Source: Mustelus asterias
Taxonomy: Eukaryota
Reading direction: 5' to 3'
Length of the DNA stretch: 64,000 nt
NCBI RefSeq assembly: GCF_964213995.1
Contig: NC_135801.1
Span: 71,982,001-72,046,000 of the forward strand
This document shows positions 25,816-38,960 of this stretch, piece by piece. The notes under the pieces are model-generated. The model was not told the origin of the DNA and did not search any database. It saw only the letters and a list, made by a program, of their open reading frames with translations. Position 1 is the first letter of the stretch. Every line of letters begins with the position of its first letter. Position numbers and translations under genes: made by a program.

Positions 25816-26739
25816 ATGGATTTTAACGGTGGTGGAGTGGGGATAGGCGGTATGTGGAGCACTTTAGGCAAAGCAATGTTCATGAGTTGCTACTGAATTC
25901 CTCTGGTTGTCGGCGGATGTCAATGTTTTCCTACAGTTGCTGAATCCTCTAGTTTATCAGCTTCCTACTCTTCATGTAGATCATAGCCTCCTTTCACCTG
26001 TCGCCAACATTATCTCTCGCCATTGCAGGGCAAAGTGACTTTACTCACGGACCACCTCCCCCCCCCCCCCCCCCCCATGCCCTGCAGAGCCCCCCCACCC
26101 TCCCACCCCTACCCTTTTCCAAGCAGCTTAAGATCCTTCTGAATGGATAGGATCCAGCAGCCTCTGCCCCATGGTGAGTTAGGTGAGCAGGAGGGTGGCA
26201 GGTGGGGATCCTGCCACCTACCCACCTGTAACTAAGTGGCAGGAAGATCCTTCACGAGTTGAGGCTCATAAATGAGAAATTCATACTTCATCCCACCACC
26301 GCTGGGGTCTATACAGTCCGTGGGGGACACACCATGCAGAGAGGACAATAAGCAAACTCTGGTGGACTCCAGAGTGGAGGCTCCCTCATTCAAAAGCACT
26401 TAGTGCCTGTTTCAGGGAGCTGGCATTGGAAAGTGGGGGGAACCTGCTGAGAGACAAACCCCCTGCCCTAGCTTCTGACAATCTCCACCCTCCCCCCACA
26501 ACCCCCACACCCCATTCTCCGATGACTCCCTTTCTGCAATCCCTTTCCCACCATCATTCACCAATGCCTGGGTCCCTCCTCAATCTGATATCTTTGCTGG
26601 GTGTCATAAAGGCAACAGCCACCACCTTGCTGGCAGTGCTGCTGAATTCAGCCTCTGAGCTGGAGCTGCCGCCCTCTGAAGTACAATGCAATGCCATGAG
26701 AAGTTGATCTACTTGAAGGTGCTATACGAATACAAGTGG

Positions 26740-26894
26740 TTGAGATTATTCATGAAGGCCCGCCTTCTCAAACATGTCCCTCTCCTGAGGTGTGGTGATC
26801 CTCAGGTTTAATCACTTCCAGTCAGCTCTCCCCCCCCTCAAAGGAGAGGGCGGCCTATGGTCATCTGGAATAATGGTGACTTTTACCCTTACCT
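26740..26894 (+). mobile_element. 3' body of a fourth SINE-like repeat (hairpin-rich, head missing)
   Basis: Hairpins CCTGAGG..CCTCAGG and CTCTCC..GGAGAG; resembles a recalled shark SINE body; single copy in this window. Confidence 0.45.
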
Positions 26895-27911
26895 ATTGAT
26901 GATATTAGATTTTGGTAACTTGCTGCCAGGTATCAATTATTCTACGCATCCTCTTCTCTAGCAGCTTGTTTTAGACTCTGACTGTGTACAATCAGCTTTT
27001 GGCACTGATTCTCAACAGTGGCCTTATTTTACTAAATTGTGTCTTGTAGAGGATGGTGGCACAAGGATTAGCATTGTCCGCTTTTGTTTGCTTATGATTT
27101 GGAGCAACTCGCAAGTGTTATTCAGAGATTATCAAAGAAAATCAAACGAGATCATGACCATACGATGATGCGATATATATTATCAAATTTATTAATCTTT
27201 AGGATGTTGAAAATCTGAAATTCCATCAGAATATTTTACAGGGCTCCCTATAGAATTGATTATCTTTAAAAGGCATCATCTGGACCTTAAGCCAACAGAT
27301 TTTAAATGAGCAAGCCCAGAAATAATGCTCCAAACGTGACTCTCTCATTCTGTCACATCTCCTTGCAAACGGAAACAGTGTACAAAATAAAACTCAATGA
27401 GAACTCAAACACAATCAAGTAACTTTGTTATAAATTGCTGAGGTAGAGAGTTTCCATTATTATTTACTTGCATTTCTGAATAATAGTCTCAGAAATTATG
27501 CCCAGGAGAATGCATTGTATCATTTGCTGTTGTAAAACGTATATGTGACTTCATTTTTAACCAGTTTTATTTTTCATTTTGTGAGAATGTTTGTTCATCA
27601 AGGTCGGGAAAGCCACAGCGTTTTCTAGTTTATGATCAGCGTCAAGAACACCCAAGTTGGTCTAATGATGCTTTGACAAATTCGGAAATGGAACAAGTTC
27701 TTTTCAGTTGCAAATATGCAATTGCTTAGCTTGTGATTCACAAAAGTACACTGGGGTAAGTGAGCGAATAAAATGGTAAAGATGGTAGGAAACAGGGAAT
27801 ACTTAAGAAAGCTCAGGTCAACTTTAATGTTCTGCAAAATCTATCAGCTGGATTTTCCCCCTGGGGATGAGGAACAGAGTGTTTCAGATCCTAAATGGAA
27901 GGCAATCACTC

Positions 27912-28160
27912 ATTTATTTATTAGTGTCACAAGTAAGCTTACATTAACACTGCAATTAAGTTACTGTGAAAATCAGGTACACTAAGGGAGAATTTAGCAT
28001 GGCCCATGCATTTAATCAGCACATCTTTTAGACTGTGGAAGGAAACCGGAGCTCCTGGAGGAAACACACGCAGATATGGGAAGACTCCAAACAGATGTGA
28101 CCCAAGGCAGGAATCTGAGTCCCTGGTGCTGTGAGACAGCAGTGCAACCATGTCGCCCAT
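27912..28160 (-). mobile_element. Alternative-tail V-SINE, diverged
   Basis: Head, V-domain and alternative tail. Confidence 0.8.
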
Positions 28161-29351
28161 TGGGACTTTCATGGGTGCTTAATTGGCATAGCGATAGGTT
28201 CTCCATCCAATTAAAGATGGAACATAAGAACATAAGAAATAGGAGCAGGAGTAGGCCATCGAGCCCCTCAAGCCTGCTCCACCATTCAATAAGATCATGG
28301 CTGATCTAATAGTGGGTTCAGTTCTACTTACCCACCCGCTCCCCATAACCCTTAATTCCCTTAATGGTTAAAAATCTATCTATCTGTGACTTAAACACAT
28401 TTAACGAGGTAGTCTCTACTGCTTCATTGGGCAGAGAATTCCAAAGATTCACTACCCTCTGGGAGAAGAAGTTCCTCCTCAACTCTGTTCTAAATTGACT
28501 CCCCCGTATTTTGAGGCTATGCCCCCTAGTTCTTGTTTCCATTGTAAGTGGAAATAACCTCGCTGCCCCTTCATTATCTTATATGTCTCTATAAGATCTC
28601 CCCTCAACCTTCTAAACTCCAAAGAGTACAGGCCCAGTCTATTCAATCTCTCCTCATAAGCTAACCCCCTCATCTCTGGAATCAACCTGGTGAACCTTCT
28701 CTGTACCCCCTCCAAAGCTAATATATCCTTTCTTAAATAAGGGGACCAAAATTGTACATAGACTCTAGGTGTGGCCTCACCAGTACCCTGTACAGTTGCA
28801 GCATGACCTCCCTGCTTTTATACTCCATCCCTCTCACGATAAAGGCCAACATTCCAATTGCCTTCCTAATTGCCTGCTGCACCTGCAAACTGAGTTTTTG
28901 TGATTCATGCACAAGGACCCCCAGGTCCCTCTGTACAGTAGCATGTTGTAATTTTTCACCGTTTAAATAATAGTCCATTTGACTATTATTCCTTCCAAAG
29001 TGGATAACTGCACACTTACCAATGTTATACTCCATCTGCCAGATCCTTGCCCACTCACTTAGCCTATCCAAATCTCTCTGCAGACTCTCTGTGTCCTCCA
29101 TGCAATTTGCTTCCCCACTCATCTTTGTGTCATCCGCAAACTTTGTTACCCTACACTCAGTCCCCTCCTCCAGATCGTCTATGTATATGGTAAATAGTTG
29201 AGGCCCCAGCACTGATCCCTGCGGCATGCCACTAGTCACTGATTGCCAATCGGAAAAGCACCCATTTATTCCGACTCTCTGCTTTCTGTTAGATAGCCAA
29301 TCCTCAATCCACGCTAACATTTTACCCCCAACTCCGTGTACCTTTATCTTA

Positions 29352-29546
29352 GTCCAAAGATATGCAGGCTAGGTTGATTGGCCATTCTAAATTGCCCCTT
29401 AGTGTCCTGGGATGCAAAGGTTAGAGGGATTAGTGGGTAAATATGTAGGGATATGGGGATAGGGCCTAGGTGGGATTGTGGTTGGTTCAGACTCGATGGG
29501 CCGAATGGCCTCTTTCTGCACTGTAGGATTCTATGATTCTATGATT
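29352..29546 (+). mobile_element. 5'-truncated HE1 SINE inserted in the CR1 RT
   Basis: Interrupts the CR1 frame; TCTTA present at both ends. Confidence 0.88.
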
Positions 29547-29893
29547 CTTATGCAGCAACCTTTTGTGAGGCACCTTATCGAATGCCTTCTGGAAATCTAA
29601 ATACACCACATCCACCGGTTCCCCTCTGTCAACTGCACTCATTATATCCTCAAAAAATTCCAGTAAATTAGTCAAACATGACTTTCCCTTCATGAATCCA
29701 CGCTGCGTCTGCTTGATTAAACCATTCTTTTCCAGGTGTTCTGCTCTTTCTTCCTTAATGATAGATTCCAGCATTTTCCCAACTACGGATGTTAAGCTAA
29801 CCGGCCTGCAGTTACCTGCCTTTTGTCTACCTCCTTTTTTAAACAGTGGCATTACATTAGCTGTTTTCCAATCAGCTGGCACCTCCCCAGAGT

Positions 29894-30149
29894 AAGAAGT
29901 TTAACAACACCAGGTTAAAGTCCAACAGGTTTATTTGGTAGCAAAAGCCACACAAGCTTTCGGAACTCTAAGCCCCTTCTTCAGGTGAGTGGGAATTCTG
30001 TTCACAAACAGAGCATATAAAGACACAGACTCAATTTACATGAATAATGGTTGGAATGCGAATACTTACAACTAATCAAGTCTTTAAGAAACAAAGTTAA
30101 ACTTCTTACTGTGTTTACCCCAGTCCAACACCGGCATCTCCACATCATG
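29894..30149 (-). mobile_element. PLE pLTR-only insertion with inverted tail, inside CR1
   Basis: 13-bp TSD ACCTCCCCAGAGT at 29881-29893 and 30150-30162; hammerhead motif at ~29950-29992. Confidence 0.9.
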
Positions 30150-31926
30150 ACCTCCCCAGAGTCCAGTGAATTTTGATAAATTACAACTAATGCATTTGCT
30201 ATTACTTCTGCCGTTTCTTTTAGTACCCTGGGATGCATTCCATCCGGACCTGGGGACTTGTCTACCTTTAGTCGCATTAGCCTACCCAGCACTACCTCTT
30301 TAGTAATAGTGATCGTTTTAAGGTCCTCACCCCCTACAGTCCCATGACCGTCAATTATTGGTAAGCTATTTGTGTCCTCCACTGTGAAGACCGACACAAA
30401 AAACTTGTTTAAGGCCTCGGCCATTTCCTTGTTTCCTATTATTAAATCCCCCTTCTCATCTTCTAAGGGACCAACACTTACTTTAGCTACTCTTTTCCGT
30501 TTTTTATATTTGTAAAAACTTTTATTATCAGTTTTTATATTTTGTACTAGTTTACTTTCATAATCTATCTTTCCTTTCTTTATTGCTTTCTTAGTAGTTC
30601 TTTGGTGTTTTTTAAAGCTTTCCCAATCTTCTAGTTCCCCACTAATTTTGGCCACTCTGTATGCATTGGTTTTTAATTTGATACTCTTCTTTCTTTATTT
30701 CCTTAGTTATCCATGGCTGGCTATCCCTTTTCTTACATTCCTTCTTTTTCACTGGAATATATTTTTGCTGAGTACTGAGAAAAATCTCCTTAAAAATCCT
30801 CCACTGTTCCTCAACTGTCCCACCAATTAGTCTGTGTTCCCAGGCTACATTAGCCAACTCTGCCCTCATCCTATTGTAATCCCCCTTGTTCAAGCAGAGG
30901 ACACTGGTTTGGGACCCTACTTTCTCACCCTCCATCTGTATTAGAAATTCAACCATATTGTGATCACTCATTCCAAGAGGATCCCTCATAAGGAGATCAT
31001 TAATTTTACCTGTCTCATTACACAGGACCAGATCCAAGATAGCTTGCTCCCTCGTAGGTTCTGTAACATACTGTTTGAGGAAACTATCGTGACAGCATTC
31101 TAAGAACTCTTCCTCAAGTCCACCGCATCCGACTTGAGTTGACCAATCAATATGGAGGTTAAAATCCCCTATGATTATTGCTGTTCCATTTCTACATGCA
31201 TCTGTTATTTGTTTGTTTATAGCCCGCCCCATCTTGAAGTTATTATTTGGAGGCCTATAGACTACGCCCACCAGTGACTTTCTCCCCTTACTATTCCTTA
31301 TCTCCACCCACAACGATTCCATATTATGCTCCTTAGAGCCTATATCATCTCTCACTACCGCCCTGATGTTATCCTTAATTAACAGAGCTACCCCACCTCC
31401 TTTTCCTTCCTGTATATCCTTCCGAATTGTCTGATACCCCTGGATATTTAGTTCCCAGTCCTGGTCACCCTGCAACCACGTTTCTGTAATGGCCACGAGA
31501 TCATACCCATTTGGACTGATTTGTGCCGTCAACTCATTCACTTTGTTTCGAATGCTACGTGCATTCAGGTAAAGTGTCTTTATGTTAGGCTTTCTTACCT
31601 GGACCCGATTTGTTAGTGCATTCCTTTGTTTGCATGCTCTGTCCCTTCCTATCACAGACTGGTTATTCTTCCCCAGACCATCTCCTTGCACTGTGTTGAC
31701 CACCTCCCTTCTCATGCTTGTCACCTTTTTTACTCTGCCTGAGGTTAGATTCCTGCCACCTTCCATACTCTATTCTATTACATGGTCTAGAAACTTTACT
31801 AACCTCTCCTGAGCCCTCGGCTCCTTTAACTAGTTGAAAGTCCTCACCATTAACCTGCACTCCTACCCTCTCCTTTACCTTTGATTTTCTAATTCTCCAT
31901 ACAACTGAACCCCCCCCCCCCACTAT

Positions 31927-32826
31927 TTAGTTTAAAGCCCTATCTACAGCCCTAGTTATACGATTCGCCAGGATTCTGGTCCCAGCACGATTCAGATGAA
32001 GACCATCCCTCCGGAACAGGTCCCTTCTTCCCCAATACTGGTGCCAATGTCCCATGAATTCAAACCCATTCCTCCCACACCAATCTTTGAGCCACGCATT
32101 TACCTCCTTAATCTTATTGACCCTGTGCCAATTCGCTCGTGGCTCAGGTAGTAATCCAGAGATTATTACCTGTTTGGTTCTGCATTTTAATTTAGCTCCT
32201 AGCTTTTCATATTCCCTTAGCAGAACCTCTGTTCCTGTTCTACCTATGTCGTTGGTACCTACATGGACCACAACAACTGAATTTTTACCCTCCCACTCCA
32301 AGTTCCTCTGCAGCCCAGATGAGATATCCTGAACCCGAGCACCAGACAGGCAACACAACCTTCGGGATTCTCGATCCTGGTCACAGAGAACAGTGTCAAT
32401 GCCCCTAACTATACTATCCCCAATTATGGCAACATTTCTTTTTTCTCCCCCCACTTGAACAGCTCCCTGTACCACGATGCTGTGGTCAGTTTGCTCATCC
32501 TCCCTACAGTACCCGTTCCTGTCCACACAGGGAGCAAGAATCTCAAACCTGTTGGACAGGTTCAGGGACTGAGGGTCCTGGAACTCTACCTCCTGGATCC
32601 CGCTACCTGCCTCACTCGCAGCCACACCCTCTTGTCCCTGACCACTGGCTGAATTCAAGCTAGTTATTGTAAGGGGTGTGACTGCCTCCTGAAACACAGC
32701 GTCCAGGTAACTCTCCCCCTCCCTGATGTGTCGCAGTGTCCGAAGCTCAGAATCCAGCTTATCAACCCTGAGCCAGAGTTCCTCAAGCAACCAACACTTA
32801 CTGCCGACATGCTGACTGGAAACCAC
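31927..32826 (-). CDS. CR1 ORF1: coiled coil plus SGNH esterase, open frame
   Basis: IIGDSIVRG, HVGTNDIG and RDGLHLN catalytic blocks are intact; N-terminus probably truncated. Confidence 0.8.
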   Translation of the reverse strand: MVSSQHVGSKCWLLEELWLRVDKLDSELRTLRHIREGESYLDAVFQEAVTPLTITSLNSASGQGQEGVAASEAGSGIQEVEFQDPQSLNLSNRFEILAPCVDRNGYCREDEQTDHSIVVQGAVQVGGEKRNVAIIGDSIVRGIDTVLCDQDRESRRLCCLSGARVQDISSGLQRNLEWEGKNSVVVVHVGTNDIGRTGTEVLLREYEKLGAKLKCRTKQVIISGLLPEPRANWHRVNKIKEVNAWLKDWCGRNGFEFMGHWHQYWGRRDLFRRDGLHLNRAGTRILANRITRAVDRALN

Positions 32827-32874
32827 AATGGAAGGCAGTCTCTTGACCGATCAGAGGCCTTCTTTTTTCCCTTT

Positions 32875-33250
32875 TTAAAAAATTTGTTCATGGGACATGG
32901 ACATTGCTGGCTGACCAACATTTAGTGCCCATTCCTAATTGCCCTTGGCTCAGCCATTTCAGAGGGCAGTTGAGAGTCAACCACATTGCTGTGGCTCTGG
33001 AGTCACATGCAGGCCAAACCAGGTAAGGATAGCGGATTTCCTTCCCTAAGGGGCATTTGTGAACCAAATGGGTTTTTCCAACAGTCGACAATGGTTTCAC
33101 GGTCATCAGTAAATGCTTTATTACAAATAATTTTTATTGAATTCAAATTCCACCATCTGACATGGTGGGATTTGAACACAGGTCCCCAGAACATTAGCTG
33201 ATTTTCTGGATTAATTGTCTTGCAATAATACCACTAGACCATTGCCTTCT
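32875..33250 (-). mobile_element. tRNA-derived SINE, family 3
   Basis: Reverse complement of the 22930-23292 family. Confidence 0.85.
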
Positions 33251-35896
33251 TTCTAGCTTGAGAGGAGCAGTTGGTTGCAAAGCAAGGTAAGAAAGAGAGC
33301 GGATGCTTCAAACGGGAAGCACTCTCTCTCCAACCTGTTTGAATCTTTAGTTATAAAAGTCAACAACTGAGGGAGAAAGGCGATGCGTGGATGTGTGGAA
33401 CCCCTCCACTCCCCTTCTTTCCTTCTCTCTGCTCACTCTGATCAATAAAATTTAGAGAAGCCAGCCTCTGATTGGACAAACTGGAATAGCACAAACCTCA
33501 AATTGCATTGCTCAGCCTGACATGCAGCGATTTCACAGAACCCAGTTTGTGAAGCCTTGATATAAGTTATTTGGTACACAAAATAATAATCTGCTTTTTC
33601 AGGTATTCTGACATACAGTTTGCACTGCATTTGCTTTCTGGACTCGGTGCATTTGGTGTGATAGATGGAGTAAGAATAATTCTCCTCATGGCTGAATCCA
33701 TCCTGTGCAACATTGAATATAGCTGGTGGGGTCATCAGATTCTAGAAAGTTATGACCAGAGCAATGAGTTTGTGGTTAGAGCACAGGGATCACTATTATT
33801 TAAACCAGATCACCATATATATGACAAGAACAATATTCTGCAACAATGTAAAAACTCATTTTGGGATACCAGCAACAGAGCTTTACCCTTTGAAATCTGG
33901 CCTTTATACTTTTTGTTGAAATGTTCCCTTGCTTGCTGAACCATGGAATGCATGGAGAAGCTTTAGTATCCCTGTCTATAATCTATTAGAAATCCTTGAG
34001 ATATTTCCTTGCTTTTGGCATCAGTTAAGGTCAATGCTATGGGTTTGTGAGCTTAATTGCATTTCTTTCTATCTGCACTCTGTTTATTAGGCAACTTATT
34101 AATTACAAAATTCCTCAGTGATGCTTGTGTTTTAACAAGCTTTCTGCATTTTTCTGTAGTGACAAATGTCATGACTGCATTGTGCATTGAGAAAGGCCAT
34201 TTTTGGGTTCTGGTTTTTAGATCAGACCCAGTGGCTGTATCAATCCAGAAGCTGTGCATTCAAATCTCACGATAGGAAGTGGTGGATATATATTTAACAA
34301 ATCGAATGAATTTTCAGCCAGCACCAGAAAACAATAGCAAAAGCTGTTGGTTTGTCTAAAAGAACCTAAATGCTTTGCTAATGTCCTTCAGAGGAAGAAA
34401 CTTAATTTGGCCTCTATGTTCTCTATTAAGTGGCTTGGATTATAAAGCAGAATGCTATTTGTATGCCATTATGATAAAATTGCATTTTAAACATCCTATT
34501 GTTAGTACTTTTTGCTACGTATAATTATGTATAATTGTGTATTCCAATCTGTTTGCCCATGTGGCTGCAATTCAAAAGTTCATTTAGTGTAAAGCATTTT
34601 GGGATGTCCCGAAGAAGTGACAATGTGTTATGTCAGCATAAATGCTGTCCTTCAGTTCACTTACTTTAGGTATATTGAAACATTTAATCATAAGAAAATG
34701 TTTTTTAGTCAACAGCATTTCTCTGGGTTTATTTTAGAATTTAAAGGGATAACAACTTCAAAAATAAGTTTGCAAATTGTTTTTTGGCATTAATTCAAAG
34801 CACTTTATGAGCCAGTTTTGTGTGATATATCATGAAATTAAAATAGGATTGCCAAAAAGAAACTTGAAGAAATATTAAGATTCCTGACTCTAATTAAATA
34901 GATAAATCACAAAATATGGATTAGCAATATTTCACATAGTATTTCATATGTTTACCATTATTATATAACCAAAAGAGTGTTGATAAGGAGAAAAATATCA
35001 ATGGGAAGATGGAACAGACATGCTCCCCGTACAAGGTTGGCCTGTCTACTGTGATGGGGGGGGGGGGGGGCGCGGTGGGCAGGAGAGTTGTTTATGCTTA
35101 ACAAGTTAATTTAACATATTTGCGATCTTTGAAACAAATATGCAAAAACTACCTGGTACTTGGAACACACATGCAATGGGTTAATATCAACTTAACGTGG
35201 CTTGACAATGGATTGTACTAATCATCAAAATGTTGCATGATGTGTTTAGCATTTTGATATTGTTGCAAACTGTTAATGGGAATTGCAATCTCAAATTTGA
35301 TCTGGTGGGTCTGGCTAATTTTGTCCATGTATTTGGAATCTTGCAAGTTGTCTGTAATTTGGAGATAATATGCGAAATATTTTGTGATTTCACAAGTACA
35401 AATTGGTCATGTGATGACTGTCTGCAGCTTTCCATTTCAGTGATTGAGTTTTGAGATTGAGAATGGTGGGCGGAGGTGGAGATGCTCCTGCCAAAGTCAA
35501 TGGACTTTTAAATGGCTCACCGCATTTTCCAGCCCCATCTCCTCCATAATGAGGCCATGAAATTCACTCTGGTATGTCGCATTTCATAACATGGCAACAT
35601 GCACCTTTTACCTGAAAGTTGAAGTCTGAAGCTATGGTTTATGGTGGGAGAGGCTCCAATATTCTTTCCATCATATGGCTGACCAGGAATCTCTCCCAAT
35701 CTGACAACCTGTCATTGGCAAGTGTTGGAAGGATTATCCGGTTGATACTCAGCCATATTATGAACACATGGTGTTGGTCTCGAACTGAAGCATTTTTGGC
35801 TGAGAGGCAGGCAGGGTACTAACCATTTTGCAACAAGACCTCCAAAGTATATGTTATACATTCAGGTATTTTAAAACCTAGTGATTCACTCATAGC

Positions 35897-36256
35897 GGGG
35901 TCGATTTTACCAAATCGGCTCTAAGTGCCGGGTGCGGTCGTAAATCAGACCCGCGCCCGGCAGCCGCGCTCCAGCGCCCCCATACGCCTTTTTTCGGCGT
36001 GGGTCCAGTGGGCAGGGCCTAGCGCATTTGCAACTGTCGGAGGTGGGATGTGACGTCTCTTCCCTGGGGGGGGGGATTTGACGTCTCTTCCCTGAGGGGG
36101 GGTGGGTGGGGGCGGTGTGATGTCTCTTCCCTGAGGGGGGGGGGGGCAGGGGGGGGATGTGACATCTCTTCCCTGAGGGGGGGTTGGGGGAGGATGTGAC
36201 ATCTCCGCCCCTTCCAGGGGCAGAGACGTCACATCCCCCCCCTCAGGGAAGAGATA
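35897..36256. mobile_element. GC-rich MITE fragment containing a G-rich minisatellite
   Basis: GGGGTCGATTTTACC terminus; repeats of GATGTGACGTCTCTTCCCTGAGGGGGG at 36047-36255. Confidence 0.55.
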
Positions 36257-37000
36257 CTAACCAGTGGAATTAATATGATGACCTGAAAATGATCACAAAT
36301 TTAGCTTCTTAAAAAGCTGCATATTTTTTCCTTCATAAGTGGAACGATGACAGTATTGGGGCCCTTTTCGGTCTTTTTGAAAACTGGAACCATGATGCCT
36401 TGCTTTGATCTGACAGCAGTGCTTTATTGACAGTGAACGGTCAAATAATCTCTTTGCAGGAAATTGCAGAATATTCTAGATGAATGTTATTGCCCTCTGT
36501 GCTTTGGCCGGCAAAGCTGTAATAAACATGATAAGATTGTGAGCTTTTAAAGTTGCTGACAGATTCCTGACAATCATTCATTTGATAAGATGTTGAATCA
36601 ACAAATTAATGCTCCAGTGATTTGCTCCACAGCTGTGTCCTTTATAAAGCAGTCTTTGACATTCAGTTTTCAGTTATAAATACAGATTTATTAAAGTTGC
36701 ACTATAAGAATTGAAGACAACAAAAACCATTTCTGTGGAAAGAAAGAAAACAATACTACACAATACAAATATTAAAGTTCCTTTGGAAGGATATTTTATT
36801 GGTGCCATGCTGTACCTATATGTGTCACAGCACCTTAGCAATTTTCTAGTCCTCCAGTGCAGTAAACACTGTTTTGTACCTAAAAATAGAAAATACCTAG
36901 GTTTTAATGAATAGCATATTGCAGTGAAGTTGTCTGCTAATATTGGGTCACTAGTGTGGAATCTTGTATTGAATAACGTATATCAGAAAATTTGAACCAC

Positions 37001-37270
37001 AAAGTTTATTTATTAGTCACAAGTAAGGCTTACATTAACACTGCAATGAAGTTACTGTGAAATTCCCCGGGTTGCCACACTCCGGCACCTGTTCGGGTCA
37101 ATGCACCTAACTGTGGGAGGAAACCGGAGCACCCGGAGGAAACCCACGCAGACACAGGGAGAATGTGCAAACTCCATACAGACAGTGACCCAAGCCAGGA
37201 ATCGAACCTGGGTCCCGGTCCCTGGCGTTGTAAGGCAGCAGTGCTAACCACTATGCCACCATGCCACCCC
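37001..37270 (-). mobile_element. Alternative-tail V-SINE
   Basis: Head, V-domain and alternative tail. Confidence 0.87.
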
Positions 37271-37556
37271 ATGACACTTTATGTGGAATTTCTGGGACGT
37301 GGCAGAAATGTGCTCCAGATCTTGAGCAAGGAAAGAAAAAGAAATAGGAGCAAGCCATTCGGTCCTTCATGCCTGTTCCACAATTCAGTTAGGTCAAGGC
37401 TAATTTGTATCTTAAATCCACCTATTTATTATGGTTCTGTAATAACCTTAAGGGGGAAGAAATCAACAAAGCTAATATTCTAGCGCAGGGTTTGGAATAT
37501 GTGAGTACTCTATGTGCTGTCATATTGAGGCAGGCATAATATCAAACCTTTTAGCA

Positions 37557-37878
37557 TTATAGAATCCCTACAGTGCAGAAGGAGGCCATTCGGCCCATTG
37601 AGCCTGCACTGACATCAATCCCACCCAGGCCCTATCCCCGTAACCCCACATATTTACCCCGCTAATCCCCCTGACACTAAGGGCAAGTAAGCATGGCCAA
37701 TCAACCTAACCCGTACATCTTTGGACTGTGGGAGGAAATCGGAGCACCCGAAGGAAACCCACGCAGACTCGAGGAGAATGTGCAGACTCCACACAGAAAG
37801 TCACCCAAGGCCGGAATTGAATAGAGATGCCCGGGTGCTGTGAGGCAGCAGTGCTAACTACTCTGCCACCGTGTTGCC
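37557..37878 (-). mobile_element. HE1-type V-SINE
   Basis: Full-length copy. Confidence 0.9.
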
Positions 37879-38599
37879 TCCTCATATGCATGATTTTAGC
37901 ATGCAGCCCAGCATGAAAGACACTGGTTACATGCTGAGCAGATTTGCAAGGTTAACTTGCATCTTCTCGAGAAGAGCAACACTTATTGTACGGAAGTTGT
38001 GCAGATTGTCAATGGAAGAATGCATAGAAGCAAAAGCACAAAAGGTAGAGCCAACTGACAAGAGAAAAGGCTCCCAACATTTTTTTATCCATTCATGAGA
38101 TGCCTGTCAGGGGAGTTTAATTGTGTGGAAGGCCCAACACAGTCCAGGTAAGTGCCTGAATACTGGTAATTGCGTCATTCCTACTAAAAGGAAGTGACAC
38201 AGGTTTCCCACCGGTTCACCAACTGCTGTGTTGGTCCCTTGTCATACACCTTAAATTCTGCCTGATGATGCCACTAAGTTTGCACCAGGAAAAGTTATAA
38301 GTACCTCATTCGAAAGTTGGGTGACTGGCCCTTTAAAAATTCCCTCGTGCCGCATGTTCGGTTTAGGAGAGAGTATTAACAAGAACTGTATGATCCACAG
38401 TGGCAGGTCATGTACCAAATCAGCATTAGAATTTTGGGCATTCTAACCCATGCTTCAAATGTAAGCACGGCACACACATGCTAGCACTCTGTCAGTCATG
38501 TTGCATCATGTGGGCTACACCGGAAGTGGTTGGAAACATCTGGACCAAATTATTTTCCAGTTGTGCTCCACTGTGGTGCCACAGAGCCCAATTTAGCAA

Positions 38600-38960
38600 C
38601 CTTAATATCCCAGCCTTGTAAAAATCTATCAATCTCAGTCTTGACTCCTTTCAATTGAATTTGCCTCGACAGCTTTTTGGGGGCATATAGTTCCAGAGTT
38701 TCACTACCCTTCGTGTAAGGAAGTACTTCCTGATATTGCTCATGACTGACATAATGCCAATTTGAAAGTTGTGCCTCCTTTATTTGGATTCGGTCACGAA
38801 AAGGAATATTTTCTCTTTATCTACCCATTCAAATCCTTTAATCATTTTAAACACCTCAATTATCCCTTAATCTGCTTTTGTCAAAAAAACCCACTCTATT
38901 CTGTGCAACATGTTACTTTTGCGACATTTTATCATTCAGCGAAAGGCATCTTGTTGCAAA
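38600..38960 (-). mobile_element. Old CR1 3' fragment
   Basis: Degenerate match to the CR1 3' region (GTTCCAGAGTTTCACTACCCT..GAAG). Confidence 0.6.

Larger units (their letters stand above)
28218..32830 (-). mobile_element. CR1 LINE, near full length, with nested SINE and PLE fragment
   Basis: ORF1 esterase at 31927..32826; ORF2 pieces at 30642, 30002, 29487, 28733, 28479 and 28324 (YLNARS, ITETWL, GDFN, SDHNMV, KFADDTK); (CTTATGTT)n tail. Confidence 0.95.

Noticed and set aside
36040-36256. CRISPR-like repeat-spacer array
   Set aside because: The spacers are G homopolymer runs, the context is vertebrate, and there are no cas genes.
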